Positions 48,850 to 60,159 of a DNA stretch of 64,000 bases are shown here, piece after piece. Below the pieces are notes generated by a model. It was not told where the DNA came from. It made no database searches and worked only from the letters and a program-made list of their open reading frames with translations. Positions within the stretch are counted from its first letter, which is position 1. Each line of letters starts with the position of its first letter. The stretch is from the NCBI RefSeq assembly GCF_963921235.1, contig NC_086123.1, forward strand, positions 17,298,001-17,362,000. Reading direction: 5' to 3'. This DNA is from Mobula hypostoma (Eukaryota). Position numbers and translations under genes: made by a program.

Positions 48850-49878
48850 CAGTAAACCGGTCCTACACTTGTCTAGTCCCGCAGTAAATCAGCCTTACAG
48901 ACCTCCAGTCCCAGAGTATTCCACTCCCTCCAGTCCCATAGTCCTCCAGTCCAGGTAATCCAACCCTACAGTCCTCCAGCCCTCAGTAATCCATCCCTAC
49001 AGTCCTCCAGTCCAGGTAATCCAACTTTACAGTCCTCCAGCCCTCAGTAATCCATCCCTACAGTCCTCCATCCCACGTAATCCATCCCTACAGTCCTCCA
49101 AGCCCATGTAATCCATCCCTACAGTCCTCCAGCCCTCAGCAATCCATCCCTACAGTCCTCCAGCCCCCAGTAATCCACTTCTACAGTCCTCCAGCCCACC
49201 AGTAAACCAGTCCCACAGTCCTCCAGCCCACCGTAAACCAGTCCCACAGTCCTCCAGCCTGCGTAATCTATCCCTACAGTCCTCCAGCCCTCAGCAATCC
49301 ATCCCTACAGTCCTCCAGCCCTCAGCAATCCATCCCTACAGTCCTCCATCCCACGTAATCCATCCCTACAGTCCTCCAGCCTGCGTACTCCATCCCTACA
49401 GTCCTCCATCCCACGTAATCCATCCCTACAGTCCTCCAAGCCCATGTAATCCATCCCTACAGTCCTCCAGCCCTCAGCAATCCATCCCTACAGTCCTCCA
49501 GCCCCCAGTAATCCACTTCTACAGTCCTCCAGCCCACCAGTAAACCAGTCCCACAGTCCTCCAGCCCACCGTAAACCAGTCCCACAGTCCTCCAGCCTGC
49601 GTAATCTATCCCTACAGTCCTCCAGCCCTCAGCAATCCATCCCTACAGTCCTCCAGCCCACGTAATCCATCCCTACAGTCCTCCAGCCTGCGTACTCCAT
49701 CCCTACAGTCCTCCAGCCCTCAGCAATCCATCCCTACAGTCCTCCAGCCTGCGTACTCCATCCCTACAGTCCTCCAGCCTGCGTAATCCATCCCTACAGT
49801 CCTCCAGCCCTCAGTAGTCTATCCCTACAGTAATCTAGTTTTAGAGTCTTCCAGCTCTTCAGCAATCCAACCCTACAG
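48850..49878. repeat. Minisatellite, 30-31 bp unit, about 29 core copies
   Basis: Unit CAGTCCTCCAGCCCTCAGTAATCCATCCCTA; core about 48940-49830 with degenerate units on both flanks. Confidence 0.97.
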
Positions 49879-50913
49879 AGGGGTGTCATAGTCATTGAAA
49901 GTACAGCACAGAAACAGGCCCTTCAGCCCATCTAGTGTTCGGATCTAGTTTTGCGGACTGGTGCCGACATCCACCGCCCGTAGACACATCCCTGGTATGG
50001 GAAGAACGTGACATTACGTTCAGCTATTAGAGTCTGCAGTCTGGTAAAAAAAAAGGTGCATAAAGTTCGATTTGAATCAGCGTATCTCTGTGAGGTCACA
50101 CCCCCGCCCTTACCTGTAGAATTCATCCACGGTTTAGCTGCCACTCAGGACATCAAGGCCGTTCCCCAGCTCTCCAGGTGTCTTAACCGCTTTCCTTTTA
50201 AAGGAAGAGATCCATTGGACGCACCCGCATGCTTCTGAAGCCGTGTGCCTGATAAGTGGGGCTCCTGCCTTGGATTAACTGAGCTGCTGTGTACTCATGA
50301 TGCCTGAGATCAGAGCTCCCAGTATCAATGGCGTGGAGGTGAGGAATTAAATGCCTCCTGCAGTGTTTCGGCCGCAGGCTCTTTGCTCATTTCAAAGTGT
50401 GAATGGGAGTGATGGGGGGGGATTGTAGGGATATTGGATTTCCCCCTGGAATAATGGGTTCCCCCAAAAGAACTGGGGGTGAATCCTGTCACTCCGAATG
50501 GGAAGCAGCGATGGGAATTCCCCTGCCCGGTGGTCTCTCTGCTGCCCCCTGGTGGGCTGGCTCTGTCATGGCAACTGGAGCTCCTTCCCATACAGATTCC
50601 CAGAGTCAGGTTAGTTTGTTGCCAGATACACTAGGCTGCGATGAAATCTCCCGCCAGCCTACTCACAGAGTAAGCAGCATTCATGTTAATAGTAAATACA
50701 AAACAAATGCAATAATAATATGGCAACAGGCAGAAAGAAACAGAATTGTGAAAGGATTGTAGTTAACTCATCAGAGAAACTGTTCAGAACAGTGTTGACT
50801 CTGTGAGACACAAACAATTTTGTGCCTGCCACTCAACCATTATATTTATCGATTGAGGATGCTCCCATTCTGGTTTTGTGGGAGTGTTGGGGCCAAAGTG
50901 GGAGCTGCATCTG

Positions 50914-51693
50914 CAGACATCCCACCCTGCAAAAACTCATTTCAGGGAGCTAGCAGCACCATTGCAGGGAGGTAGCACCCCCGCCCCCGGTCGACCTCCA
51001 AGGGCTCATGTATACTTTGTCTTATGTAATACTTTGTTTAGTGATTTTGTCTAATCTGTAAACCAATCTGTAAACTGGGTATATGCAGAAAATGTGACAT
51101 TAAAATATGTACTTATATATTATCATGGAGTCGTTTTTTAAATTCTATTACAACTTTAAGCACGTCTACAGGGAGTTTGGCCTCATCACGTAGGACATCA
51201 ATAGAGTAGCTCCTTAGCAGCTAGCCAGCTAGTTTAAATAACGTTAGCTGTGCTAATGAACGAATGACACCTGATAAACTCACCTCAACATGTCTTTTAC
51301 AGTCTTAACCCACCATGGGCAATAGAAAAGTCACTGTTGCAAACAGTGCAGCGAGCAACACTGTGAATATTTTTGACCCCTATTAGGCAGGGGTACACTT
51401 TAGTGTAGTCTGGGGTGAAGTGTGTTTTATATTTTTTTTGAAACACTCTGCCATGGCGGTGCAGGACACTGAACTGAACTGATGGAGAGACAGAGGTCGA
51501 CTGTAAAGCCCGCCCACAGAGAAAACTGATAGGTCTACTTAGCACAAAGAGAGACCAATCAGGATGCTTGTTCCCGCTCCCGCTCTCGATCTCCCTCTCA
51601 TTTCCAGGATATTGTATATAATTTGCGGGCGTCAGGGAGCTGCTATTAATATGCGGGAGACTCCCGGAACTTCCGGGAGAGGTGGGATGTCTG
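50914..51693 (-). mobile_element. hAT-superfamily internally deleted transposon, 780 bp
   Basis: 13-bp TIR CAGACATCCCACC / GGTGGGATGTCTG; 6-bp TSD CATCTG; BED-type finger remnant RCTVCNSDFSIAHGG..DCKRHVE. Confidence 0.85.
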
Positions 51694-51849
51694 CATCTGG
51701 TGCCTGGCATTAGTTTTTTTTTGTGAGATGATGCACTGCTTCTTTCACTGACACCGGGCTTCCGGGCTGTGCTGACTCGCGGGATCAGGGTCCTCAATGC
51801 CACCCCAAGGGCGCCTTCCACACTCTGAGTGGCGGCGGGCCAGAGATTC

Positions 51850-52182
51850 ACAGAAAAAGAGTCCACACGATCGAGGAAGTGCCTCAAAAAGGCAGCTTCC
51901 ATCATTGAGGACCCTTACCATACAGGACCTGGCCTCTTCTCATTACTATCACCAGGGAAGAGGAGCCTGAAGACCCACACTCGACGTTTCAGGAACAGCT
52001 TCTTCCCTTCTGCAATCAAATTTCAGAACAGTTCATCAACCCACGAACACTACCTCACTCTTCCTCCTTTGCACTATTTATTTACTGTAACTCATAATAT
52101 TTTTTAATGTCTTGCGCTGTACCGTTACCAGAAAACAAAAAACTTCATGACGTGCGTCAGCGATGATAAACCTGATTCCGAA
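51850..52182 (+). mobile_element. Rex1 3' end
   Basis: CLKKAASIIEDPYHTGPGLFSLLSPGKRSLKTHTRRFRNSFFPSAI; GATAAACCTGATTCCGA. Confidence 0.85.
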
Positions 52183-53518
52183 TGTTTTCAAAGAGGGTTT
52201 AAGAACATCCTGGAATCTTCACCTCCATCCCAACTGATCGTACCCTGTTCTGGTGACAGGGTTTGGAATACAGTGTAGCTGTTGCCAGACATCAAACGAC
52301 ATGTTCTTACCGCCACAGCTGACTGAGTACAACTAGGTCTCAGTGCTGAGGATGTTGGCCGGAAAGGGGTGGTGATATTGCCTTCCTTCTCCTTCCAGTG
52401 ACCTTGAGGCGTCCGTTGTTGGTAGTCCAGGTTTCACAAACATGTCGGAGGGCAGGGGTCACTCCTGCTCTGTGCCAAACCCAAGACGTTGACTTGGCCA
52501 AGTAACCTTGACTCCACTGGAGTGCGGCCTGTTCACGTCAGCCTCACTTCCATTCCTGACCGACAGGTTCACCTGGCCTCAGGAGCAGATGGTGTTTCTA
52601 AACCTCAGAGAACCAAGTGATGCCAAAGGGGCCAGAAATTCAGCACAGAAATAGAAGGGATTTTTTTCCTCCCAGAGAGGGGTATTCACTTTCCTGGAGG
52701 ACTGTGGAGGCTCAGTTGCTGAGGTATTTAAGGAAATCAAGAGATATGAGGTTAGTTAGAAATACAGTGCTGAAGTAAAAGACCAGCTCAGTTGAGGCTA
52801 GAATTCTATTTGCCTTCCTTATTGCCTGCTTTAGCTAATTGGGACCAGATCAGTAACACTTCAGTGGGGGGGAAAGTCTTTGCACCCTACAAACTAATTT
52901 GTTGGCATTCGCCTTAGTTTTCATTAAGCAATTTTTACTTACCTCAATATCACCTTTGGTGAAACTTGCCCTCTGGACCTCATTAACTTTCTGTAACTCC
53001 TGCAGAGGCTTCCCATTAAGTAGCTTGAGGGGTTTTGCTTTGCATGAGTTGCAGCGTTGGGATGGTGTGGAGTAAAGGATGTAGGAAGAAATGTTTGGTT
53101 GCACTTCCAACCATTCTTTGGTATCAGACAAAATTATTTAAAAGCTAACAGTTCTCCAATTCACATTTATCAGAGGTGGATACCTTTATTGGCCCACACT
53201 GCTTATTGCAATAGCTATAAATCATTTCCAGTGGTTCATTACACAGTAAACAGTATTTGCTATTATTTTTCATTGGTTTTACAAGTTCTGCAGCTTAATT
53301 ATAATGAGAAACCATGCAGTGATGTATTCCATCTGAATTTTTTAATGCAATTGTGTATAATGAATTCTCAAAGCCATGACTGGGAGCTGAACAATATTTC
53401 ACTTCCTGATAGCAATCAATGATTTTTAAAATGAAGAATCACAGAAGAGTGTTTTAACACTTCACTAGTGGGGTATCTTGATGAGGAACAAAATAAGCTG
53501 CATGGAACTGATTTTTTT

Positions 53519-54474
53519 TGTCATAAGGGGGTGGCTGGGAGCAGACCCAAGTGCAAGACACAGACACTGAAGTACTAGGGACAGGACTAGGATACAGGGA
53601 GAGGGTTAGGACATAGACATGAAAACTGGGAACCCAGAACAGGACTGGACAAGAGAGCTAGGAGCGCCGGCTTGGACTCCGAGACAGAGACTGGACAAGA
53701 ACCCAGAACCTGGGTCTTGCCTCTGGCTTGGACCCCAGAACTAGGCAAGGACGTGACTCCGCTGGCAGGAAGGATGAGGCTGGAGTCTTCAGACTTGAGG
53801 TGAGACTGGAGACCAGAGACTTGAGGCGAGGCTGGAGACCAGAGACTTGAGGCGAGGCTGGAGACCAGAGACTTGGGGCTTGGGGTCTTGAAGCTTGGCT
53901 TGGAGCGAGGCTCGAGGTCTTGAAGCTCCTCCTGGGCAGGGCGCGGATCTCCACCTGACGGAGGCAAGGGACAGGAAGGGACAGAACCAACTGCAGGGTA
54001 ATGGCAAGATGGCCTGATTTACCCGGCGGAGACAAGGGACCGCTCCAGGACAAGACTGCAGGTGAGACAAAGCAAGAGTTACCAGCAAGACAAGGCAAGG
54101 CTTCAGGCAATGCAAGGCGAGACAAGAACTTCGGGCGAGGTGAGAGTTACCAGCAAGACAAGGCAAGGCTTCCGGCAATGCAAGGCGAGACAAGAACTTC
54201 AGGCGAGGCGAGACAGGAGTTACTGGCAAGACAAGGCAAGGCTTCAGGCGAGAAAACAAAAGGCAGGGGAAGGAAACAAGGAGTAAAGACAAGAACAATC
54301 CAGCAGCCACGCCCTGGCCTCTGGAGGTATTTATGCAGCCAGCCCCAACAAGACTCAGCTGCCTCAATTAGTGTTCAACAGGAACAGAAACAGGGTAGAC
54401 AGGAAAACCTGGAGCAAGGGTCGATGGACCGGACTGTGAACCGGAATGCGGACTTCATGGACCGGACCATGACA
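53519..54474 (-). mobile_element. Solo LTR (Gypsy-like), 956 bp, with internal tandem repeats
   Basis: TGTCAT...ATGACA termini in a T-run (TTTTT on both sides); 3 x 26-bp repeat at 53792-53869; about 70-bp repeats at 54060-54250; TATA-like CATAAATA on the minus strand near 54330. Confidence 0.82.
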
Positions 54475-55200
54475 TTTTTACAGTGGTTGAACACAATCTT
54501 TGCTGCACAGACACAATGATGGAGGAACTAAGGTAAGGACGTGTTTAGTACAGCTTTGTGGGCCAAAGGGCCTGTATTGCGCTGCAGGTTTTATATGTTT
54601 CTATGCACTCAGCAGTTATTGGAAAAGATATATCAGCACAGTGGGAAAGAGCGTTGTTTGAAAACAATGATTGAACTGTGCCCTAGTCTGTTGATAGGAA
54701 ATATTCCCCTTCTTGAGCAGTAGAAGGGTCTGAAAGTAAAATTAGATTCTGCAGACTCGACCAGTAATCAGCAGTGGGAACATGAATGTTCTCATTTGGA
54801 GAAACCATAACAAAGGGTATTGTATGAATTTGAGATAAATCAGTGGAAAGATTTTATAGGGTGCTACATGGCCATGCCTACCTTGGCTACCTGCTTGAGG
54901 GCCAATGAGATAAAGGAGTGGGATCCGATTGACCAATGGGTTGCGGGTAAGGTGGTGCCGAGATACCAGGTGTGATAAACATCTAAATCCCGGGCTCACT
55001 GCCCAAGGGCACATGTCAGCCCAGAGGGCTGATCGCCAGTTCTTCCATGACCCTAGTTGTGACCAGCGAGATTCAGCCCACTGCCAAGTGTGGGCTCCTG
55101 TCTAGAGGCTGGATCGAACAATAGTGTTACGACCTCACGGCTCTGAAGGAACATAGGTCATTAGATACACTGGCCACTGTACCTTGCTGGAAGTGAGTAG

Positions 55201-55643
55201 ACAATAGACAACAGGTGCAGGAGTAGGCCATTCAGCCCTTCGAGCCAGCACCACCATTCACTGTGATCATGGCTGATCATCCACAGTCAGTATCCAGTTC
55301 CTGCCTTCTCCCTATATCCCTTCACTCCGCTATCTTTAAGAGCTCTATCTAACTCTTTTTTGAAATAATCCAGAGAATTGGCCTCCACTGTCTTCTGAGG
55401 CAGGGCATTCCACAGAACCACAACCCTCTGTGTGAAAAAGTTCTTCCTCAACTCCGTTCTAAGTGGCCTACCCCTTATTCTTAAACTGTGGCCTCTGGTT
55501 CTGGACTCCCCCAACATCGGGAATATGTTTCCTGCCTCTAGCGTGTCCAATTCCTTAATAATCTTATATGTTTCAATCAGATCCCCTCTCATCCTTCTAA
55601 ATTCCAGTGTATACAACCTCAGTCGCTCCAATCTTTCAACATA
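55201..55643 (-). mobile_element. CR1 LINE 3' fragment
   Basis: LYTLEFRRMRGDLIETYKI...FFTQRVV; TSD TGAGTAG at 55194-55200 and 55644-55650. Confidence 0.95.
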
Positions 55644-55699
55644 TGAGTAGTAGGATTTGGAGAGCGATGTATCGAGTTGTTGGTTAGAATGTGGGGAGA

Positions 55700-55795
55700 A
55701 TTTGGAATTGGGATTTGGGATTGGAATTTGGAATTGGGATTTGGGGTTGAAATTTGGAATTGGGATTTGAAATTGGAATTTGGAATCGAAATTGG
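55700..55795. repeat. (TTGGAA/TTTGGRA)n microsatellite, an expanded LINE tail
   Basis: 6/7-bp units directly abut an antisense Rex1-type 3' UTR (55796-55845) homologous to 610-668. Confidence 0.8.
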
Positions 55796-55846
55796 CTTAT
55801 TATTTTAACATGTATCGAGATAGAGTGGAAAGCTTTGTCCTGCTTA

Positions 55847-56210
55847 CATCATCATCCTGCGTGCTGTCTTGTATGATGTGGGCAATCATGGTCTTCCACG
55901 ACCATGATTGTTCTTGCCAAACTTTTCTGCAGAGGTAGCTTGCCATTGCCTCCTTCTGGGCAGCATCTTTGCAAGACGGGTGACCCCAGCCACTATTAAT
56001 ACTCTTCAGAGATTATCCGCCTGGCATCAGTGGTCACATAATCAGGACTCGTGATATGCACCCGCTGCTCGTACGACCATCCACCACTTCCCCCCATGAC
56101 TTCACAGGACCCTGATCGAGGGGGCTAAGCAAGTGCTACACCTTGCCCAAGGGTGACCTGCAGGCTAGCGGAGGAAAGGAGTGACTTCCTTTGGTAGAGA
56201 CATATCTGCT
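55847..56210 (-). mobile_element. RTE (BovB-like)-tailed SINE
   Basis: Minus strand GGCAATGGCAAGCTACCTCTGCAG...AATCATGG (Bov-A-like block); (GAT)n tail. Confidence 0.65.
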
Positions 56211-56606
56211 ACTAACTCAGTGCACTATGCAATGAAATGATTTGCATGTACAGTTGGGTGGCAGGCCGGAGATAATTTTATTTATTTTTTATTGACAATA
56301 GCAGAATGCAGAATAAAGTGCAACAGCTAAAGAGAAAGGATAATACAGATAGACAGTAAGGTATAACGTCATAACGAGCATTAGGATAGGACTGATGTAA
56401 ATATGAGGCTAGCGTGGACTCTGTGGGTGAAAGCGGCCCGTTTTCCATGATGGGTCTCTCTACAACTCTCATTTCGGGACTGCTGTGTCGCTCCGCATCA
56501 GACTTGCTGCATTGGATCCAATAATAGAGAGCATCTGATGTGTTCTGCACTGTGGACACAATCAAAACAAAATAAATTCCACTTTGGTGCCAAGTGGTCA
56601 TCGTGT

Positions 56607-57035
56607 CCAAAGTTCAAAGAAACTTTTATTATCAAAGTACATCTATGACGCCATATACGACCCTGAGATTCAATATCCTGTGGGCATACTCGGCAAATCT
56701 ATGAAATAGTAACTGTAACAGGATCAAAGAAAGATCAACCAGAGTGCAGAAAACAACAAACTACAAATGCAAATATAAATAAATAGCAATATATAGTGAG
56801 ATTAAAAAGTCCTTAAAGTGAGATCACTGGTTGTAGGAATATTTCAATGATGGGGCAAGTGAGTGTAGTAATCCCCTTTTATTCAAGAGCCTGATGGTTG
56901 AGGGGTAGTAACTGTTTTTGTACCTGGTGGTGCGAGTCCTGGGGCTCTTGTATGTGATGGCAGCAGCGAGAAGAGAGCACGACCCGGACGGTGATGATGG
57001 GGGCTGCTTTCCTACGGCAGCGTTTCATGTAGTTG
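56607..57035 (-). mobile_element. Rex1 3' end
   Basis: CAAAGTTCAAAG tail; antisense of KNSYYPSTIRLLN. Confidence 0.85.
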
Positions 57036-57256
57036 CTAAACTAGTGATTACAATTGTTAAGTTGGTTCCGGAACCGAATGGTTGAAAGGAAATGAAGAGT
57101 GAGTTCTTTGAGAATCAGAGGTGTTGACACAGTGACCAACATTTCTCGATATTCACAGGGATACACCGAGGTTTGTGCGATAAGAACACAAACTCACTTC
57201 CAGACCAACGTCGCTTATCCAGGTCCTCAGTGCTTGCCAGAATATCATTTTATCTA

Positions 57257-57270
57257 CCACAAGATGGCGC
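57257..57270 (+). promoter_or_regulatory. CTCF-binding motif (predicted)
   Basis: CCACAAGATGGCGC followed by TA. Confidence 0.45.
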
Positions 57271-57994
57271 TATAGGACAAATTCTGCAAAAACATGTCAT
57301 GGTTGACCATGGAGTTATGCCAATTCACTGGAGTAATGTTAGTCCAACTTAAATCTACATTTGGGTAATTACTACCACATGCAGATTCACACAGTTCATT
57401 TTTCAGTGAGCCTTCCCGTTAAAAATAAGCCTTAGAAACCACTTAAGAAGACTTTTTTCGAAACCACTTAAGAAGACGTTTCTGTTGAAAAGTCCTGATC
57501 CAGGGTTTCTACCAAAAATATTGAAAATTCCTTCCCTCTATTCGGCCAGCTGATTGTTTTCTGCTGAAATATTGTTTTCTACATGTTCATTTTCTTCTAT
57601 AATTGTTCAACCGTTAGGAATGAAATAGATTTTTCTGGGTCTTTTTTTGAATAGGACACTTGTGCTTATATTTTTTGCTAGTCTTCTGTGAGTGAGTGAA
57701 AAATGATTGAAACTGCAAAAGGTGAATTTTCCAACACCTGCCCTCAGAAAGTTATACAGATGATTGAAGTCATCTCCTGCTCTTCTGAACAGTGAATTAA
57801 ATCTCCCTTCACAGAACAGATCCCCATTCCTTCCAGCAATACATTATTCCTTGTTGCGCCCCACCAAGATGGTGTAGGCTCTGTCTTTAAGTAATTCATT
57901 GCTAACACTTTACCCAAGATGATTATCTTCTTCTTTGCCTGACCTGTTGCATGTTTCGATCATTTTCTCTCTTTACTGTAAAAACAGTTATAAG

Positions 57995-59115
57995 ATAGAG
58001 TCACAGAGTTATATAGTTAAATAGGCCCTTTGGCCCAAATGCCAAATTCATCTGGCCAGTTTCACTCCAAACTTTCCTATCCATGAACTTGTCCAAATGA
58101 TTTATAAAGATTATAATTGTACCCATCTGCATCACTTTCCCTGGCAACTTGTTCCATGTACTTTTCATTATCCATGTGAAAAATACCACCTTTCAGGCAG
58201 CCTTTAAATTGTTCCCTTCTCACCTCAAAACTATGCTCCCTAGCTTTAGATTTTCTGACTCTGTGATCATCCACCTAATCTGCTATCAGATTCTTTCTTC
58301 TCCAGCCGTTGACCTTTCCCGCCCACCTGGCTTCCCCTTTCACCTTCCAGCTAGCCTCTTTCTCCTCCCCCTCACCTTTTTTTTCTGACTTCTTCCCCCC
58401 TCCTTCTCGGTCCCGAAGAAGGATCCCAGCCCAAAATGTCAACTGGTTACGCCTTTCCACAGATGCTGCCTGACCTGCTGAGTTCCTCCAGTGTTTTGTG
58501 TGTATTTCTGTACCACCTGTGATTTTATAAACCTCACTACGGTGAACCCAGAGCCTCATATGCTCCAGGGGAAACAAGCCCGGCTTATCCCGTCTCTGAT
58601 GCAGTGCACGCAGAATCCTTGTGAATCTTTTCTGCGTCTTCTCTAGCTTTCTGTCCTTCCTATCAGATGGTGAACAGAATTGCACATGGTGGTGTGGATG
58701 TGATCTTACGAACGTTTTGTACAACTGTGTCACCAGGCTTAACTCTTGCACTAAATCCCCTATTGGATGCAGGCAAACATTGCAGTCAGCTTCTTCACTG
58801 CCTTGTCTACCTGTATGGCAACTTTCTGGGAACTACACACTCATTCCCCTATATCCCTTTGTTCTACAGTCTCCTCAGGACCCTTTCATTTACTGTTTAA
58901 CTCATGCCCAGGTTTAACTCCCAAATGCATCACTTCACACTTGACTGACTTAAATCCCATCTGCCATTCCTCTGGCCACTTTCACACAATCTAGATCCTT
59001 CCATAACCTAGGCACCTTCTTCACTGTCAACCACACACCAACTTTGGTGTCATCTGCAAACTTACTAATCGCCTACGTTCTCAGCCAACTTGTAAATATA
59101 CATACATGACAAAGT
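57995..59115 (-). mobile_element. Degenerate CR1 3' part with a Penelope terminal fragment (about 58270-58505, +) inserted
   Basis: LYKTFVRSH..VQFCSP...KRFTRIL; antisense KFADDTK near 59040; PLE block GATGCTGCCTGACCTGCTGAGTTCCTCCAG. Confidence 0.8.
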
Positions 59116-59297
59116 TCAACATTATGAAAGTGCTGATATTTGTAAGGAATTTCTATTACATTCTGTTAATTGAATTTTCAGGAGTTAATATGTCAATCTT
59201 GAGTTACTAATATTATTCTGAAATAATAGATTAGGGTAATGTTTTAATAGAAATCACTTTTGTCAAACTCAAGACCATTCTTATAGTACGTTAGTTA

Positions 59298-59738
59298 TTG
59301 TGCTGGAGCAGCAGACTGAGGGTGGCAGACACCAGCAGAATCAACAAACTCATTTGCAAGTCCAGTGATGTTGTGGGGATGGAACTGGACTCTCTGACGG
59401 TGGTGTCTGAAAAGAGGATGCTGTCCAAGTTGCATGCCATCTTGGACAACGTCTCCCATCCACTACATACTGGACTGGTTGGGCACAGGAGTACGTTCAG
59501 CCAGAGACTCATTCCGCCGAGATGCAACACAGAGCGTCATAGGAAGTCATTCCTGCCTGTGGCCATCAAACTTTACAACTCCTCCCTTGGAGGGTCAGAC
59601 ACCCTGAGCCAATAGGCTGGTCCTGGACTTATTTCCTGGCATAATTTACATATTACTATTTAACTATTTAATTATTTATGGTGCAACTGTAACGAAAACC
59701 AATTTCCCCCAGGATCAATAAAGTATGACTATGACTAT
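59298..59738 (+). mobile_element. Rex1 3' end, (ATGACT)n family
   Basis: Near-identical to 46999-47457. Confidence 0.92.
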
Positions 59739-59961
59739 GTGACTAGAAATAGCACTTGAAAATTGTAATAGAAGAGTGAGATATTCTGTGGGCTTCATTT
59801 CTGTTTTTATTTCTCTGTCAGACTGTCTGGAGATCACATGTACATTGCCCTTTGTACATCACTTCTGCTCTGTGAAATTATTCATTCTCTGCCGTGTGAA
59901 GTTACTCATTGACTGCCCCGTGAAATTTGTAAAGGCTGCAGAGCTGTAGTGTCAGTGCAGA

Positions 59962-59975
59962 CCAGCAGAGGGAGC
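59962..59975 (+). promoter_or_regulatory. CTCF-binding motif (predicted)
   Basis: CCAGCAGAGGGAGC with upstream-motif-like CTGTAGTGTC 8 nt upstream. Confidence 0.5.
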
Positions 59976-60159
59976 CAAGGTTTACATTATGAAACTGGAA
60001 ACAGGAGCGTCATATGCAGTGCTATTAATCAGGTTTATGGGAACAACTTGTGATGTCCACAGGATGAGAGTTCCTTCACAGAAAATAAATGCTGAATCGG
60101 CAGTAATGAATGGAAATAGTTTCCCAATTGATAAAATAAATGCACTATATTAAAATCAT

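Noticed and set aside
48940-49830. CRISPR-like periodicity
   Set aside because: The units are contiguous variants with no unique spacers, there are no cas genes, and the context is vertebrate; it is a minisatellite.
51297-51905. 202-aa ORF as a novel zinc-finger gene
   Set aside because: It is a chance read-through of antisense Rex1, spacer DNA and the hAT end; only the last 45 or so residues are transposase-derived.
53587-54519. Overlapping repetitive ORFs on both strands
   Set aside because: They are products of stop-poor tandem repeats inside a solo LTR.
55700-55795. Interstitial telomere repeat
   Set aside because: The units are TTGGAA/TTGGGA, not TTAGGG, and they continue a LINE tail.
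57491-57530. Functional hammerhead at this and the other degenerate sites
   Set aside because: Core nucleotides are mutated (CTGATCC, AAAA), so these are counted only as relics.
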